Shown here piece after piece: positions 1 to 9,992 of a stretch of DNA of 64,000 bases (position 1 is its first letter; the number at the start of each line of letters is the position of its first letter). Position numbers and translations under genes: made by a program. This DNA is from Pseudanabaenaceae cyanobacterium bins.68 (lineage in GTDB: Bacteria > Cyanobacteriota > Cyanobacteriia > Pseudanabaenales > Pseudanabaenaceae), in the NCBI GenBank assembly GCA_033762795.1, contig JANRLH010000013.1, positions 12,172 through 76,171 of the forward strand, read 5' to 3'. The notes under the pieces were generated by a model that did no database searches, had not been told where the DNA came from, and saw nothing but the letters and a program-made list of their open reading frames with translations.

Positions 1-546
1 AGTAGCCGCAAACTCAATCAAATCTGAGTTTGTGCATGGTGGTAAATCTTGGCCAATCGAAGGATTGCAGACTTGAGAATTGTTGTGCAGGCTTAAGAGC
101 ATGGCAATGATTTCCGTATGCTGCACTTCATGCTGGATCAGCCAAAACCACAGGCGGGCTTGACCATTGAGATCGGCTGGGGCAGCGATCGCCAAAAAAT
201 CTAATACCTGTTGGCGGACAAGCTGGCTGTACTCAATGATTTCGGGTAGGGGTGGCAGTTTAGTTCTGAGGTGTTTATCCCCAAAATCATTCATAAAATA
301 AGCCTGATATGCCTGGCTGAGATGGGGAGCATCAGGCAGCAACCAGAGGGCTTCCGTGTAGGCAATATGCCCCAAGTGCCAACCAATCGGGCTAAATTCA
401 GGATCTACCTGCAAGTTAAAAATTTGGGCGGCGGTCTCAGAGGCAAATAAGTTTAGGGTGTGGTGCCGTACTTGATCCAGTTGATCTTGCAACACCACCA
501 ACCAAGCACTGGGAGGAAACCCGTCTATGAAATAGCCTGGGATCAA
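1..546 (-). CDS. DinB-like/EgtB-family protein, N-terminal part (gene continues past the left edge)
   Basis: Edge-truncated, so absent from the ORF track. My minus-strand translation is open from 546 to 1: ..GYFIDGFPPSAWLVVLQDQLDQVRHHTLNLF..SPIGWHLGHIAYTEALWLL..LWFWLIQHEVQHTEIIAMLL.. The spaced His motifs resemble DinB_2 domains that precede the FGE-sulfatase domain in EgtB-type sulfoxide synthases. The only start candidate is TTG 546..544. Confidence 0.5.
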   Translation of the reverse strand, partial: MIPGYFIDGFPPSAWLVVLQDQLDQVRHHTLNLFASETAAQIFNLQVDPEFSPIGWHLGHIAYTEALWLLPDAPHLSQAYQAYFMNDFGDKHLRTKLPPLPEIIEYSQLVRQQVLDFLAIAAPADLNGQARLWFWLIQHEVQHTEIIAMLLSLHNNSQVCNPSIGQDLPPCTNSDLIEFAAT

Positions 547-845
547 AGGTCATCCTCCCAGCCACAACGGAGACAGCGCCACTGGAGCGGCGGCAGTTTG
601 AGGCGGGAAAACGGTAGGTCACAATCGGGGCATTTGCCCGTGAAAATTGGGTGCCAATCGTATTCTTCTAAACCCAAGTGGGGATAGTCCTGGAGGGATT
701 CTGGCTGCCAGAGTTCGGCAGTTTCAAAATCTAGACAGACTTGCTTTACTCCCAGGGGATGCACCGCACAGACGAGGTAGGGGCTGTGGGCATAGTAGCT
801 ACAGCGGTCGCACCAGGGCAGTTTGTTGAGCCTAGCGATTGCCAT
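543..845 (-). CDS. Cys-rich hypothetical protein with zinc-ribbon-like C-terminus
   Basis: 100-aa ORF with paired Cys motifs (CDRC; CPDC..17 aa..CLRC). There is a 2-nt gap to the upstream ORF (848), and its stop TGA 545..543 overlaps the TTG candidate start of the downstream DinB-like ORF, so it looks operonic. Confidence 0.55.
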   Translation of the reverse strand: MAIARLNKLPWCDRCSYYAHSPYLVCAVHPLGVKQVCLDFETAELWQPESLQDYPHLGLEEYDWHPIFTGKCPDCDLPFSRLKLPPLQWRCLRCGWEDDL

Positions 846-847
846 AG

Positions 848-2212
848 TTAGCTAAAACGCTTCAATTCCACGCCATTACTTAAAATTACCAGTTCTAACT
901 CCAAAGGGCTAGTAGTGTACACGGGCGATCGCGCGATCGCTTTAATCTCGTATTTGGTCTTGATTTGGCTAATCATGTCTAGGAGTTGATCCAAAGCGGT
1001 AGGGGAAAATGTCCCCACTGTGCGGGTGAGGGGATCTGCCAGCACTCCTTCGCGGGTAGCCCGCAGATTTGCCAGTTGAAATAGCCGTTGTAGCTGCGCT
1101 TCTACTTCAGCTTTAGTCAGATTGGGCGCAAAATTCAACGCCACAATTACCTGACCCTGGTTAAAAACCTGGCGATTGGGATTAACCTCAGCGTTGATGA
1201 ACACACTGGTTTCCCGCTTTAAAAAATTACCTGCTGCCTGAATCCGAATAGCATAGCTAGCGTCCCCTTTGATTTGGGCTTGCAGAGCGGCAATTTGGGC
1301 TTCAGTTACCTTGATTACCGGTTCTTGGGGCTGTTGATCTGGTAAAAAATCCAGCAGGCGGCGGGCAGTCTGATCAGCCTGCTGTAAAAGTTGATTGATC
1401 ACCTGTTGTAGTTCCCTGCCATTCAGCTTGGGTTTGGTTACACCCACTGCCAGAATCTGCTCCTTCCGAATAGCCACATCCCCTAAGCGCAGGTTTTGTA
1501 AGCTCAAGGCTAAGCGATCGCGCAGATTTTGCAGATCACTGAGATCAGCAAGTAGTTCTGTGCGCTGATTTTCTAGCTGATTAAACTTGATCTGAGCGGT
1601 CGCCACCTTCTGGCGTAACTCCGTTTGCGTCTGTTTACTCTGATCTAGACTTTGCAATAATCGCTGCTGGTCTGCGATCAGGCTATTTTTAGTATTGAGC
1701 AGGTTTTGTTGTTCAGCCTGAAGTGTCTGGTTGCGCTGGGCTAACTCCTGCTCCTTTTGCTGCACCTGGTCTAGCTCGGTTTGAATTTGATCCAAGCCGA
1801 TCGCTGCCTGACGTAGTTGAGCTTGGGTTTGGCTCTGTTGCAAAAGGGCCTGCACCCTCTGGCGGTTGGTCACATCTAGCTGCTGGCGGGCTTGGCTAAT
1901 CTGTTGCCGAGATTGGCTTAGCTCTTGCTCAGTCAGTTGTTTACGCGCCTGGGCTTCGGCAAGTTCAGTCCGAATCTGCTCTAGTTGAAATAGTCCTTGG
2001 CGCAGTTGACTGCTAGTTGCCAAAATTACTCCCAGGGTGGCAGCCGAGATCATGGCACCAGTAGCGATTGTCACTAGAGTAGCGGTTTTACGCGGGCGAA
2101 GATTAAAAATACTTAACCTTTTTTTGCCAATTTTTGATCCCAAGCGATCGCCCACAGTCGCAATTGTGCCACCCAGAAATAACACTGCCAGAATTAAAAT
2201 GTAGCCGTCCAT
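848..2212 (-). CDS. Membrane-anchored coiled-coil protein (DUF3084-like)
   Basis: The ORF track gives 848..2257. I prefer ATG 2212 (MDGYILILAVLFLGGTIATVGDRLG..) because AAGGAG sits just upstream (complement of 2215..2220). Two N-terminal hydrophobic segments are followed by a ~250-aa Q/L-rich heptad region (QLEQIRTELAEAQARKQLTEQELSQSRQQ..). The DUF3084 assignment is from memory. Confidence 0.75.
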   Translation of the reverse strand: MDGYILILAVLFLGGTIATVGDRLGSKIGKKRLSIFNLRPRKTATLVTIATGAMISAATLGVILATSSQLRQGLFQLEQIRTELAEAQARKQLTEQELSQSRQQISQARQQLDVTNRQRVQALLQQSQTQAQLRQAAIGLDQIQTELDQVQQKEQELAQRNQTLQAEQQNLLNTKNSLIADQQRLLQSLDQSKQTQTELRQKVATAQIKFNQLENQRTELLADLSDLQNLRDRLALSLQNLRLGDVAIRKEQILAVGVTKPKLNGRELQQVINQLLQQADQTARRLLDFLPDQQPQEPVIKVTEAQIAALQAQIKGDASYAIRIQAAGNFLKRETSVFINAEVNPNRQVFNQGQVIVALNFAPNLTKAEVEAQLQRLFQLANLRATREGVLADPLTRTVGTFSPTALDQLLDMISQIKTKYEIKAIARSPVYTTSPLELELVILSNGVELKRFS

Positions 2213-2392
2213 TACTCCTTGGTAACCTTTGGCTGATCTTAACATTCTTAAGACCAATCGCCTTGGAACAAAGAAGCTAAGCAGGACAGGGTTAATCTTT
2301 AACCCGGACTAGATTGGCACTTTGCCTCAAAAGCTATCATCAAGAAACACTTAGTTATGCTATCTTAATAGACCTATGAGTTTTTAAAAAAA

Positions 2393-2710
2393 ATGCCAAG
2401 AGCAAATATTCACCCCACTTGGTACCCTGATGCCAAGGTAATCTGCAACGGACAGGTTGTTGCGACAGTTGGCTCCACCAAGCCAGAGTTACAGGTTGAC
2501 CTCTGGTCGGGCAATCACCCTTTTTATACGGGCACCCAAAAGATCATCGACACCGAAGGGCGAGTAGAACGGTTCATGCGTAAATATGGCATGAGCAGCG
2601 CAGATATGCCCCAAATTCAAGAAGTGGGCTCGGCTCAAGCAGAATCTAAACCCGCACCAGTCGAAGCTCCTGCCCAAACTCCTGCTCAGAAAGGTAAGAA
2701 AAAAAAGTAA
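2393..2710 (+). CDS. rpmE: 50S ribosomal protein L31 with low-complexity C-terminal tail
   Basis: MPRANIHPTWYPDAKVICNGQVV..GNHPFYTGTQKIIDTEGRVERFMRKYG is the L31 core. It lies directly upstream of prfA, as is usual in cyanobacteria. Confidence 0.9.
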   Translation: MPRANIHPTWYPDAKVICNGQVVATVGSTKPELQVDLWSGNHPFYTGTQKIIDTEGRVERFMRKYGMSSADMPQIQEVGSAQAESKPAPVEAPAQTPAQKGKKKK

Positions 2711-2725
2711 TAGTTCTCTACCCCT

Positions 2726-3817
2726 ATGCCCGCGCCCTATCTGCTAGATAAGCTAAAATCTGTGGAACAAACCTTTCACGAGCTAACTCGGCGAATGGCT
2801 GATCCTGATGTAGCTGCCGACCATAGCGAGTTTCAGCGCATTGCCAAGCTGCGTTCCTCCCTAGAAGAAACGGTTAATACCTTTGAGCAGTTTCGCACGG
2901 CGGAAGTGCAACTTCAAGAAGCACAAGCTCTGGTTAAAGAAGCTGATGACCCAGAGCTTAAACAAATGGCAGTGGAAGAAGTTCAAACTTTAAATCAGCA
3001 ATTAGCAGAACTAGAAGAGCGGCTCAAGGTGATGCTACTACCCCAAGATCCCAATGATGAGAAAAATATCATGTTGGAAATTCGCGCGGGTACAGGTGGT
3101 GATGAGGCGAGTATCTGGGTTGCCGATCTGCTACGTTTGTACACTCGCTATGCTGAAAGCCAAGGGTGGCGAGTGAAATTGGTGAGTGAGTCTCCCGCTG
3201 ACTTGGGTGGCTACAAGGAAATTATTTTAGAAATTCAAGGCGATCGGGTCTACAGCAAGCTCAAGTTTGAATCTGGCGTACATCGAGTGCAGCGAGTACC
3301 AGCTACAGAAGCTTCTGGTCGAGTACACACCTCAACAGCAACCGTAGCAGTAATGCCTGAAGTAGATGCGGTAGAGATTCACATCGATCCCAAAGACATT
3401 GAAATGTCTACGGCTCGATCAGGCGGTGCAGGTGGGCAAAACGTCAATAAGGTGGAAACGGCCGCAGATCTTTTCCATAAGCCTACAGGAATTCGGATTT
3501 TCTGCACCGAAGAGCGATCGCAAATGCAAAACAAAGAGCGGGCAATGCAGATTCTGCGCGCTAAGCTGTACGAAATGAAACTGCGAGAGCAACAAGATCA
3601 AATCAGTTCCATGCGGAAGTCCCAAGTCGGAACTGGAGCTAGATCCGAGAAGATTCGTACCTACAACTACAAGGATAGTCGCCTCACTGATCACCGTCTG
3701 GGACAAAACTTCCCCTTGCCCCAAATCCTTTCTGGAGATGTGGATGAAGTAATTCAAAGCTGTATTGCTCAAGATCAAAAGGAAAGACTCCAGGAACTAG
3801 CGGCAGCAGGACCATAA
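2726..3817 (+). CDS. prfA: Peptide chain release factor 1
   Basis: GGQ motif ([15 protein letters not shown]), RF1-type PAT tripeptide (VQRVPATE), 363 aa. Confidence 0.95.
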   Translation: MPAPYLLDKLKSVEQTFHELTRRMADPDVAADHSEFQRIAKLRSSLEETVNTFEQFRTAEVQLQEAQALVKEADDPELKQMAVEEVQTLNQQLAELEERLKVMLLPQDPNDEKNIMLEIRAGTGGDEASIWVADLLRLYTRYAESQGWRVKLVSESPADLGGYKEIILEIQGDRVYSKLKFESGVHRVQRVPATEASGRVHTSTATVAVMPEVDAVEIHIDPKDIEMSTARSGGAGGQNVNKVETAADLFHKPTGIRIFCTEERSQMQNKERAMQILRAKLYEMKLREQQDQISSMRKSQVGTGARSEKIRTYNYKDSRLTDHRLGQNFPLPQILSGDVDEVIQSCIAQDQKERLQELAAAGP

Positions 3818-3823
3818 ATAACT

Positions 3824-4555
3824 ATGCAGAATCTGGGTGAACAAATATACGAAGGCAAGGCTAAAATTCTTTACCGCACCCTTGATTCTAGGGTGATTTT
3901 AGTCAAGTATAAAGATGATGCCACCGCTTTTAATGCCCAAAAGCAAGGAAAAATTGCCCGTAAAGGTGAGCTTAACTGCGATATCACCCGACACCTGTTT
4001 AACTTTTTAGGTACCCAAGGCATTCCCCATCATTTTATCCGTCAGATTGCGTCTGATCAAATGGAAGTAGTAGCTACCCAGATCATTCCCATTGAGGTCG
4101 TGGTCAGAAATATTGCTGCAGGTAGCCTATCTAAGCGCCTGGGGATTGCCCAAGGTACAATTTTGAAGCGACCAATTGTTGAGTTCTACTACAAAGATGA
4201 TGCTTTGGGTGATCCCCTAATCAACGAAGAGCATATTGATATACTGGCATTGGCTACTCCTATGCAGGTAACACACCTAAAACAGCTAGCTCTAGAGATT
4301 AATCATCACTTGCAAACCTTTATGGATCGGTGTGAGCTAGATCTGGTAGATTTCAAGCTGGAGTTTGGCATAGATCATAACCAAGAAATCCTATTGGCAG
4401 ATGAGATTAGCCCTGATACTTGCCGACTCTGGGATATGCGTGAGACTGACCCTACAGCTAAAATTTTGGATAAGGATCGCTTTCGATTTGATCTAGGTGG
4501 TGTGGCAGAGTCTTATGCTGAAGTACATAGGCGAATTTTAGCTCAAGCCTTTTAG
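3824..4555 (+). CDS. purC: Phosphoribosylaminoimidazole-succinocarboxamide (SAICAR) synthase
   Basis: IYEGKAKILY.., KDDATAFNAQK.., LADEISPDTCRLWD, 243 aa. Confidence 0.93.
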   Translation: MQNLGEQIYEGKAKILYRTLDSRVILVKYKDDATAFNAQKQGKIARKGELNCDITRHLFNFLGTQGIPHHFIRQIASDQMEVVATQIIPIEVVVRNIAAGSLSKRLGIAQGTILKRPIVEFYYKDDALGDPLINEEHIDILALATPMQVTHLKQLALEINHHLQTFMDRCELDLVDFKLEFGIDHNQEILLADEISPDTCRLWDMRETDPTAKILDKDRFRFDLGGVAESYAEVHRRILAQAF

Positions 4556-4672
4556 GTTGACAGGTTTTATCTGAGCTATAGCTGCTGAAGTAAAGGTCAG
4601 AACGGGGTGCAGGGGTGGAACCCCTAGCTCGGGGCTTCGCTCACCCCCCCTCAAAACCTATCCCAGGATGAT

Positions 4673-6586
4673 TTAATCATTTCCCAAGTAAGTATAGCCA
4701 TTCAAACTATGTTCATAGTTTTGCAGCAACATCCGTGCTTCTATCAGACTGATTTGTTTGGCTTCCAGCGCTCTTTCCGTTTCGCGGCGTAGATTCTCTA
4801 ACATGCCTTCACGACTATACTGCACATACTGTAATACCTCGGTGAGGGAATCTCCTTTGATTACCTGTTCGATTTTGTAGCCATTGGGAGTAAGTTGAAT
4901 ATGCACAGCATCAGTATCCCCAAATAGATTATGCAGATCGCCCAGAATCTCTTGATAAGCTCCCGCCAAAAACAAGCCGAGATAATAGGGTTCCTGGGGA
5001 TTGAATGGGTGTAACTCCAACACGGATTTGACATCCCGTAGGTCAATAAATCGATCAATCTTACCATCGCTGTCACAGGTGAGATCTGCTAGGGTGCCGC
5101 GACAGGTAGGCTCTTGGTTGAGCCGATGGATGGGCATAATCGGAAATAGTTGGTCGATCGCCCAGCTATCTGGTACTGATTGAAATACGGAAAAGTTACA
5201 GTAATAGGTGGTCGCCATGATCTGCTCTAGGGGCTCTAAGTCGTCTGGCACATAGTTCTGATGACGGATAATCTGCAGGACGCGATCGCAAATTTGCCAA
5301 AATAATCGCTCTGCTTTAGCTCGGTCAGTAAGACTCAAATAGCCAAAGGAAAATAGGCTAATTGCCTCTTCTTTAAACTGAATGGCATCGTGGTAGGCTT
5401 CTTGATAGTTCTCTTGATTTAACTGTTCTAGGGTGATATGGAGATTGCGTAAAATTAGGTGATCTTGCTCAGTAGGAGGAGCGATCGCGCCATGGGGAGT
5501 TTCGGTTACGCCCAATACATCAAAAATCAACACAGATTGATGGGAAGCGATCGCTCGACCACTCTCACTGATTAAAGTAGGAACTGGTAAATGGCGCTCC
5601 GCACAGGTCTCTTGCACTTCGGCTACCACATCATAGGCATAGTTTTGAATGGTGTAGTTTTTGGAAGCATAGAAATTAGTTTTGGAACCGTCATAGTCTA
5701 CCGCTAAGCCCCCACCTACATCTAAGTACTGCATATTTGCCCCTAATCCTGCCAGTTCCACATAGATTTGGGCGGCTTCGCGAATGGCATCTTTTACTGC
5801 ACTAATGGCACTGACCTGGGAGCCAATATGAAAATGAAGGAGTTGCAGAGAATCCAACAGATTTGCCTGCTTGAGCCGTTCGATTACTTCCAACATTTCC
5901 CAAATCCTCAAGCCAAATTTGGCTTTGTCCCCGGCGGAATCTTCCCAATGACCACTGCCCTTGGTATTTAGCTTCGCTCTCACACCCAGAATGGGCACGA
6001 TCTCTAACTTGCGTGCTACCCGAATCACTAAGTCTACTTCTTCGAGTTGCTCTAGCACAATAATCGGTTTCTGCCCGAGCCGTTGGGACAATAGGGCAGT
6101 TTCGATAAATTCCGCATCTTTGTAGCCATTACAAATTAAGAGCGCGCCTGGAGTTTTGAGGGTAGCAAGCGCAATCAGCAGTTCGGGTTTAGAGCCAGCT
6201 TCTAGCCCGAATTGGAAAGGTTTACCGTAATGGACTAATTCTTCTACTAGTTGACGCTGCTGATTTACCTTCACTGGATATACGCCTTGATATTTGCCCT
6301 GGTAGTTATAACGGGCGATCGCTTTGATAAAGCAAGCATTCAAGCGCTCAATTCGATCTGCCAAAATGTCTGAGAAGCGAATCAGGAGCGGCAAGCGCAG
6401 TCCCCGCAATTTTAGATCTTGAACCAGTTCATAGAGGTCAATACAGCCGCCGCGATTCCCTTGGGGAAATACGGTGATGTGCCCTGCCTGATTGATGCTG
6501 AAGTAGGGATCACCCCACCCATTAATTCGGTATAGCTCTTCGCTTTTTTGAATTGACCAGGTTTTAACTAGACTAGAAGTGGTCAT
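4673..6586 (-). CDS. speA: Biosynthetic arginine decarboxylase
   Basis: 637 aa. N-terminus WSIQKSEELYRINGWGDPYFSIN and PLP-fold region YPVKVNQQ..HFHIGSQ are typical of SpeA. Confidence 0.93.
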   Translation of the reverse strand: MTTSSLVKTWSIQKSEELYRINGWGDPYFSINQAGHITVFPQGNRGGCIDLYELVQDLKLRGLRLPLLIRFSDILADRIERLNACFIKAIARYNYQGKYQGVYPVKVNQQRQLVEELVHYGKPFQFGLEAGSKPELLIALATLKTPGALLICNGYKDAEFIETALLSQRLGQKPIIVLEQLEEVDLVIRVARKLEIVPILGVRAKLNTKGSGHWEDSAGDKAKFGLRIWEMLEVIERLKQANLLDSLQLLHFHIGSQVSAISAVKDAIREAAQIYVELAGLGANMQYLDVGGGLAVDYDGSKTNFYASKNYTIQNYAYDVVAEVQETCAERHLPVPTLISESGRAIASHQSVLIFDVLGVTETPHGAIAPPTEQDHLILRNLHITLEQLNQENYQEAYHDAIQFKEEAISLFSFGYLSLTDRAKAERLFWQICDRVLQIIRHQNYVPDDLEPLEQIMATTYYCNFSVFQSVPDSWAIDQLFPIMPIHRLNQEPTCRGTLADLTCDSDGKIDRFIDLRDVKSVLELHPFNPQEPYYLGLFLAGAYQEILGDLHNLFGDTDAVHIQLTPNGYKIEQVIKGDSLTEVLQYVQYSREGMLENLRRETERALEAKQISLIEARMLLQNYEHSLNGYTYLGND

Positions 6587-6704
6587 TTAGATTTAGAATA
6601 TTGATTATTAAACAGCATAACAGTTAGGTTTGTTGATAGCCACTACAGCCCTGCCTTTTAGGAAATAGGTGAGAATTGTCTGCCCTTACCCCCAGCCGCT
6701 ATAG

Positions 6705-6726
6705 GGATGGTCAAGGTTGACCATCC
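6705..6726. repeat. Perfect 10+2+10 palindrome GGATGGTCAA-GG-TTGACCATCC
   Basis: Read directly. It lies between the stop of the ABC ATPase gene (6803) and the speA start (6586). No adjacent T/A run. Confidence 0.6.
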
Positions 6727-6802
6727 AGGGACTCCCGATCACCTTCGATCGCCTTGCTGTGCAACGCCACTTTTTGCCCGTGTATGCAACCGTGAATGAA
6801 CG

Positions 6803-7528
6803 TCAACGCAAAATCTTGCCTAAAAACTGGCGGGCCCGCTCCGAACTAGGATGATCAAAAAATTTCTGCTTGTCAGTATCTTCGACAATTTCGCCACAGT
6901 CCATAAAAATCACCCGATTGGCAACTTTTTGGGCAAATCCCATCTCATGGGTGACTACTACCATGGTCATGCCCTCCTGGGCGAGTTCGACAATCACATC
7001 TAGCACCTCATTTACCATTTCTGGATCTAAGGCGGAAGTTGGCTCATCAAACAGCATTACCTTCGGCTCCATCGCCAGTGCCCGCGCGATCGCTACCCGT
7101 TGCTGTTGTCCACCAGAGAGTTGACCAGGAAATTTTTGCGCTTGAGAAGTCAGTCCCACCCGCTCTAATAGCTGATTGGCTTTAGCGATCGCTTGAGTTT
7201 TCGACTGCTTGAGTACCTGAATCGGGGCCAGGGTCAAATTCTGCATAATCGAAAGATGGGGAAACAGTTCAAAATGCTGAAATACCATACCCACTTGCGA
7301 TCGCAACTTAGGTAAGTTTGTGCCAGAGCCACCCACACTGATACCATCCACATAGATATTGCCCTGCTGAAACGGCTCTAGGGCATTTACACACTTGATC
7401 AGGGTAGACTTGCCCGAACCCGAAGGTCCACAGACCACCACCACATCCCCCCGTTTGATCTCGGTGCTGCAATTTTTGAGTACCTGGAACTTGCCGTACC
7501 ACTTGGAAACTCGTTCAAGAATGATCAT
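6803..7528 (-). CDS. Polar amino-acid ABC transporter, ATP-binding subunit (GltL/GlnQ/BgtA-like)
   Basis: Walker [10 protein letters not shown], signature [15 protein letters not shown], Walker [13 protein letters not shown], 241 aa. Last gene of a four-gene operon. Confidence 0.9.
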   Translation of the reverse strand: MIILERVSKWYGKFQVLKNCSTEIKRGDVVVVCGPSGSGKSTLIKCVNALEPFQQGNIYVDGISVGGSGTNLPKLRSQVGMVFQHFELFPHLSIMQNLTLAPIQVLKQSKTQAIAKANQLLERVGLTSQAQKFPGQLSGGQQQRVAIARALAMEPKVMLFDEPTSALDPEMVNEVLDVIVELAQEGMTMVVVTHEMGFAQKVANRVIFMDCGEIVEDTDKQKFFDHPSSERARQFLGKILR

Positions 7529-7544
7529 GGTTTATCCTCACCCA

Positions 7545-8234
7545 TTAACTAACTGCCACCCGCATTCGCTTTTGCAGCGATCGCACCAACCTAGACAAGG
7601 CCAAACTAATCACAAAATAGACCACCGCCGCAAATAGATATAGTTCTAATAGTCTGCTGTCCCGCTGGGCAATCTTGGCGGCTGCCCCCAAAAAATCAGT
7701 TACGGAAATCACATAGACCAGAGAAGTATCTTGAAATAGCACAATTGTCTGGGAGAGCAAGATCGGCAGCATATTCCGAAACGCCTGGGGCAGGATCACG
7801 TACTGGAGTTGTTGCCAGTAGGTCAACCCCATTGCCCGTGCTGCCGATTGCTGACCATTGGGAATTGACTGAATCCCTGCCCGCATAATTTCACAGTAGA
7901 AGGCAATTTCAAACAGACTAAAACTGACCAATGCAGTTTGTTCGGCGCTGATTGCTTGAGGTTGAGCCGCCCCAGTCAAACCCTGCACTAGCAAAGGTAC
8001 CAAAAAGTAAAACCAGAAAATCACCAGCACCAAAGGCACCGAGCGCATCAAGTTGACATAGAGTGCCGCTAGCCAAGCTAAGGGCTTAAAACTCGCCAAC
8101 CGTGCTACCGCTAACAAAGTGCCACCACCAATTCCCACGACCATCGCCAAGCTAGTTAAGCCTAGGGTATAGACCATGCCACTCCAGAGGTAGGGCAGCG
8201 ATCGCTGAATCACACCAAGATCAAACTCGCCCAT
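7545..8234 (-). CDS. Amino-acid ABC transporter permease (GltK/NatH-like)
   Basis: 229-aa polytopic membrane ORF. It overlaps the upstream permease gene by 14 nt. Sizes and order (302/251/229/241 aa) match GltIJKL-type systems. Confidence 0.85.
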   Translation of the reverse strand: MGEFDLGVIQRSLPYLWSGMVYTLGLTSLAMVVGIGGGTLLAVARLASFKPLAWLAALYVNLMRSVPLVLVIFWFYFLVPLLVQGLTGAAQPQAISAEQTALVSFSLFEIAFYCEIMRAGIQSIPNGQQSAARAMGLTYWQQLQYVILPQAFRNMLPILLSQTIVLFQDTSLVYVISVTDFLGAAAKIAQRDSRLLELYLFAAVVYFVISLALSRLVRSLQKRMRVAVS

Positions 8235-8976
8235 AACTGCCCATGCCCGGAATCTTGGTAGTTGCTTCGATCAGAGTCATCAACCGATTCACGGTCAAAC
8301 CCACAATCACGTATAAAACCGTGGTCACCGTAAATACCTCAAAACCGTTGAAGGTGTACTCGTTAATCTGGCGTGCCTGAGCAGTCAATTCCAACACGCC
8401 AATAGTCAAAGCCACCGAAGAGTTTTTCACCACATTCATCGCCTCACTGGTTAAGGGTGGCAGAATCAAGCGAAACGACTGGGGCAGTAAGATATAGCCA
8501 TAGACCTGAGCTAAATTCAGACCCATGGCTAGGCCCGCCCTGGTTTGATCCCGTGGAATTGCCCCAATCCCTGCCTTCACCTGTTCCGCAATCCGCGCCG
8601 AGGTATAAAACCCCAAGCTCACTACCGCCGTAGCTACTTCTGGCAGGGGCAAATCCTGCTTCAACCACTGGCCAACTGCACTAGGCAACAGTTCTGGCAA
8701 CACAAAGAACCAGAGAAACATCTGCACAATCAGGGGAATATTGCGGAAAACTTCCACATAGGCATCTGCTAGCCAGAGTAATGGCTTAGTAAGAGAATGA
8801 GGGGGCAGAGTGCGAACAATTCCCATGATTGTACCTAGAGCCAAAGCAATCAACCAAGCACCTAGGGAAATTATCAAAGTCCAGGCTAGACCCTGAAAGA
8901 GCCATTCTAAATACTGCTCACCCCCAGCAGGCACCTCTTCCCAAAATACTCGCCAATTCCATTTGTATCCAAGCAA
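8221..8976 (-). CDS. Amino-acid ABC transporter permease (GltJ/NatG-like)
   Basis: 251-aa polytopic membrane ORF, with a 2-nt gap to the binding-protein gene. Confidence 0.85.
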   Translation of the reverse strand: MLGYKWNWRVFWEEVPAGGEQYLEWLFQGLAWTLIISLGAWLIALALGTIMGIVRTLPPHSLTKPLLWLADAYVEVFRNIPLIVQMFLWFFVLPELLPSAVGQWLKQDLPLPEVATAVVSLGFYTSARIAEQVKAGIGAIPRDQTRAGLAMGLNLAQVYGYILLPQSFRLILPPLTSEAMNVVKNSSVALTIGVLELTAQARQINEYTFNGFEVFTVTTVLYVIVGLTVNRLMTLIEATTKIPGMGSYGRV

Positions 8977-8978
8977 GC

Positions 8979-9887
8979 CTATACTCCCTTATCCGAAGGA
9001 TTTTTGAACGCTTCGCGCAAACTAGGGCTGAGCGGTAGATTCATGTTCACATTATTGGGCGGAATTGAACGGGTAAACCACCTGGTGTATAGGGATGCCA
9101 TCACGCCGCTCCGCATCATATTGATCAAGGTGTCATCTACCACTTTTTTAAATTGGGGATCATCCTTGCGCATCATCACCGCGTAGGGCTCTACGGAAAG
9201 TTCTGGTCCGACGATCACAAAATCTCGCGGATTCTTAGATCGGGCGATTAGACCTGCCAACAGCACGTCATCCATCACAAAGGCTACTGCTCTGCCCGAT
9301 TCTAGGCTTAAAAATGACTCAGCATGGTCTTTAGCATAGATATTTTTGACATTGATGTTTTTGCCCTTTTCATTTTGCTTAATGTAGCGATCGCTAGTAG
9401 TACCGCTAGTAGTTACCACTGCCTTGCCATCTAGATCGTCTAGGGTACGAATGCCAGAATTAGCTCTTACAGCCATTCGCACCGCCGCAATAAAATAGGC
9501 AACGCTGAAAGCTACCTGCTCTTGGCGCTTGATCGTGTTGGTAGTAGAGCCGCACTCCAAATCCACTGCTCCAGACACTACCAGAGGAATCCGAGTTTGA
9601 GAGGTTACCGCCGTGGTTTTTACTTCCAGCTTAGGCAGATTCAAGCGCTTTTTGATGTTGTCTGCCACTCGCATGCAGATATCGATGGCGTAGCCTACGG
9701 GCTTCTGCTCATTGTCCAAATAGGAAAAGGGGATAGAAGACTCCCGAATACCGATTGTGAGCGTATTAGTGTCTTTAATTTTTTTGAGTGTGCCAGTGAG
9801 TTGCTGCGCCTGGCCTACTCCAGGAGCGCCTACCAGTATAACTGCGGCTCCTAGGCCCAACATTGATGTAAACAAATTTTTGACCAT
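8979..9887 (-). CDS. Periplasmic amino-acid-binding protein (GltI/NatF-like)
   Basis: Signal peptide MVKNLFTSMLGLGAAVILVGAPGVGQAQ. The 302-aa class-3 solute-binding fold pattern (TLTIGIRESSIPFSY.., DLECGSTT) matches this family. First gene of the operon. Confidence 0.85.
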   Translation of the reverse strand: MVKNLFTSMLGLGAAVILVGAPGVGQAQQLTGTLKKIKDTNTLTIGIRESSIPFSYLDNEQKPVGYAIDICMRVADNIKKRLNLPKLEVKTTAVTSQTRIPLVVSGAVDLECGSTTNTIKRQEQVAFSVAYFIAAVRMAVRANSGIRTLDDLDGKAVVTTSGTTSDRYIKQNEKGKNINVKNIYAKDHAESFLSLESGRAVAFVMDDVLLAGLIARSKNPRDFVIVGPELSVEPYAVMMRKDDPQFKKVVDDTLINMMRSGVMASLYTRWFTRSIPPNNVNMNLPLSPSLREAFKNPSDKGV

Positions 9888-9992
9888 GACTACTCCTTGG
9901 CTCCTTTAAACCTAGAAAATATAGATTTGTACTCACGCACAAGGTACTAATTTATACTGTTTTAAAATCAATTTTTCCAACTCCACAATACT

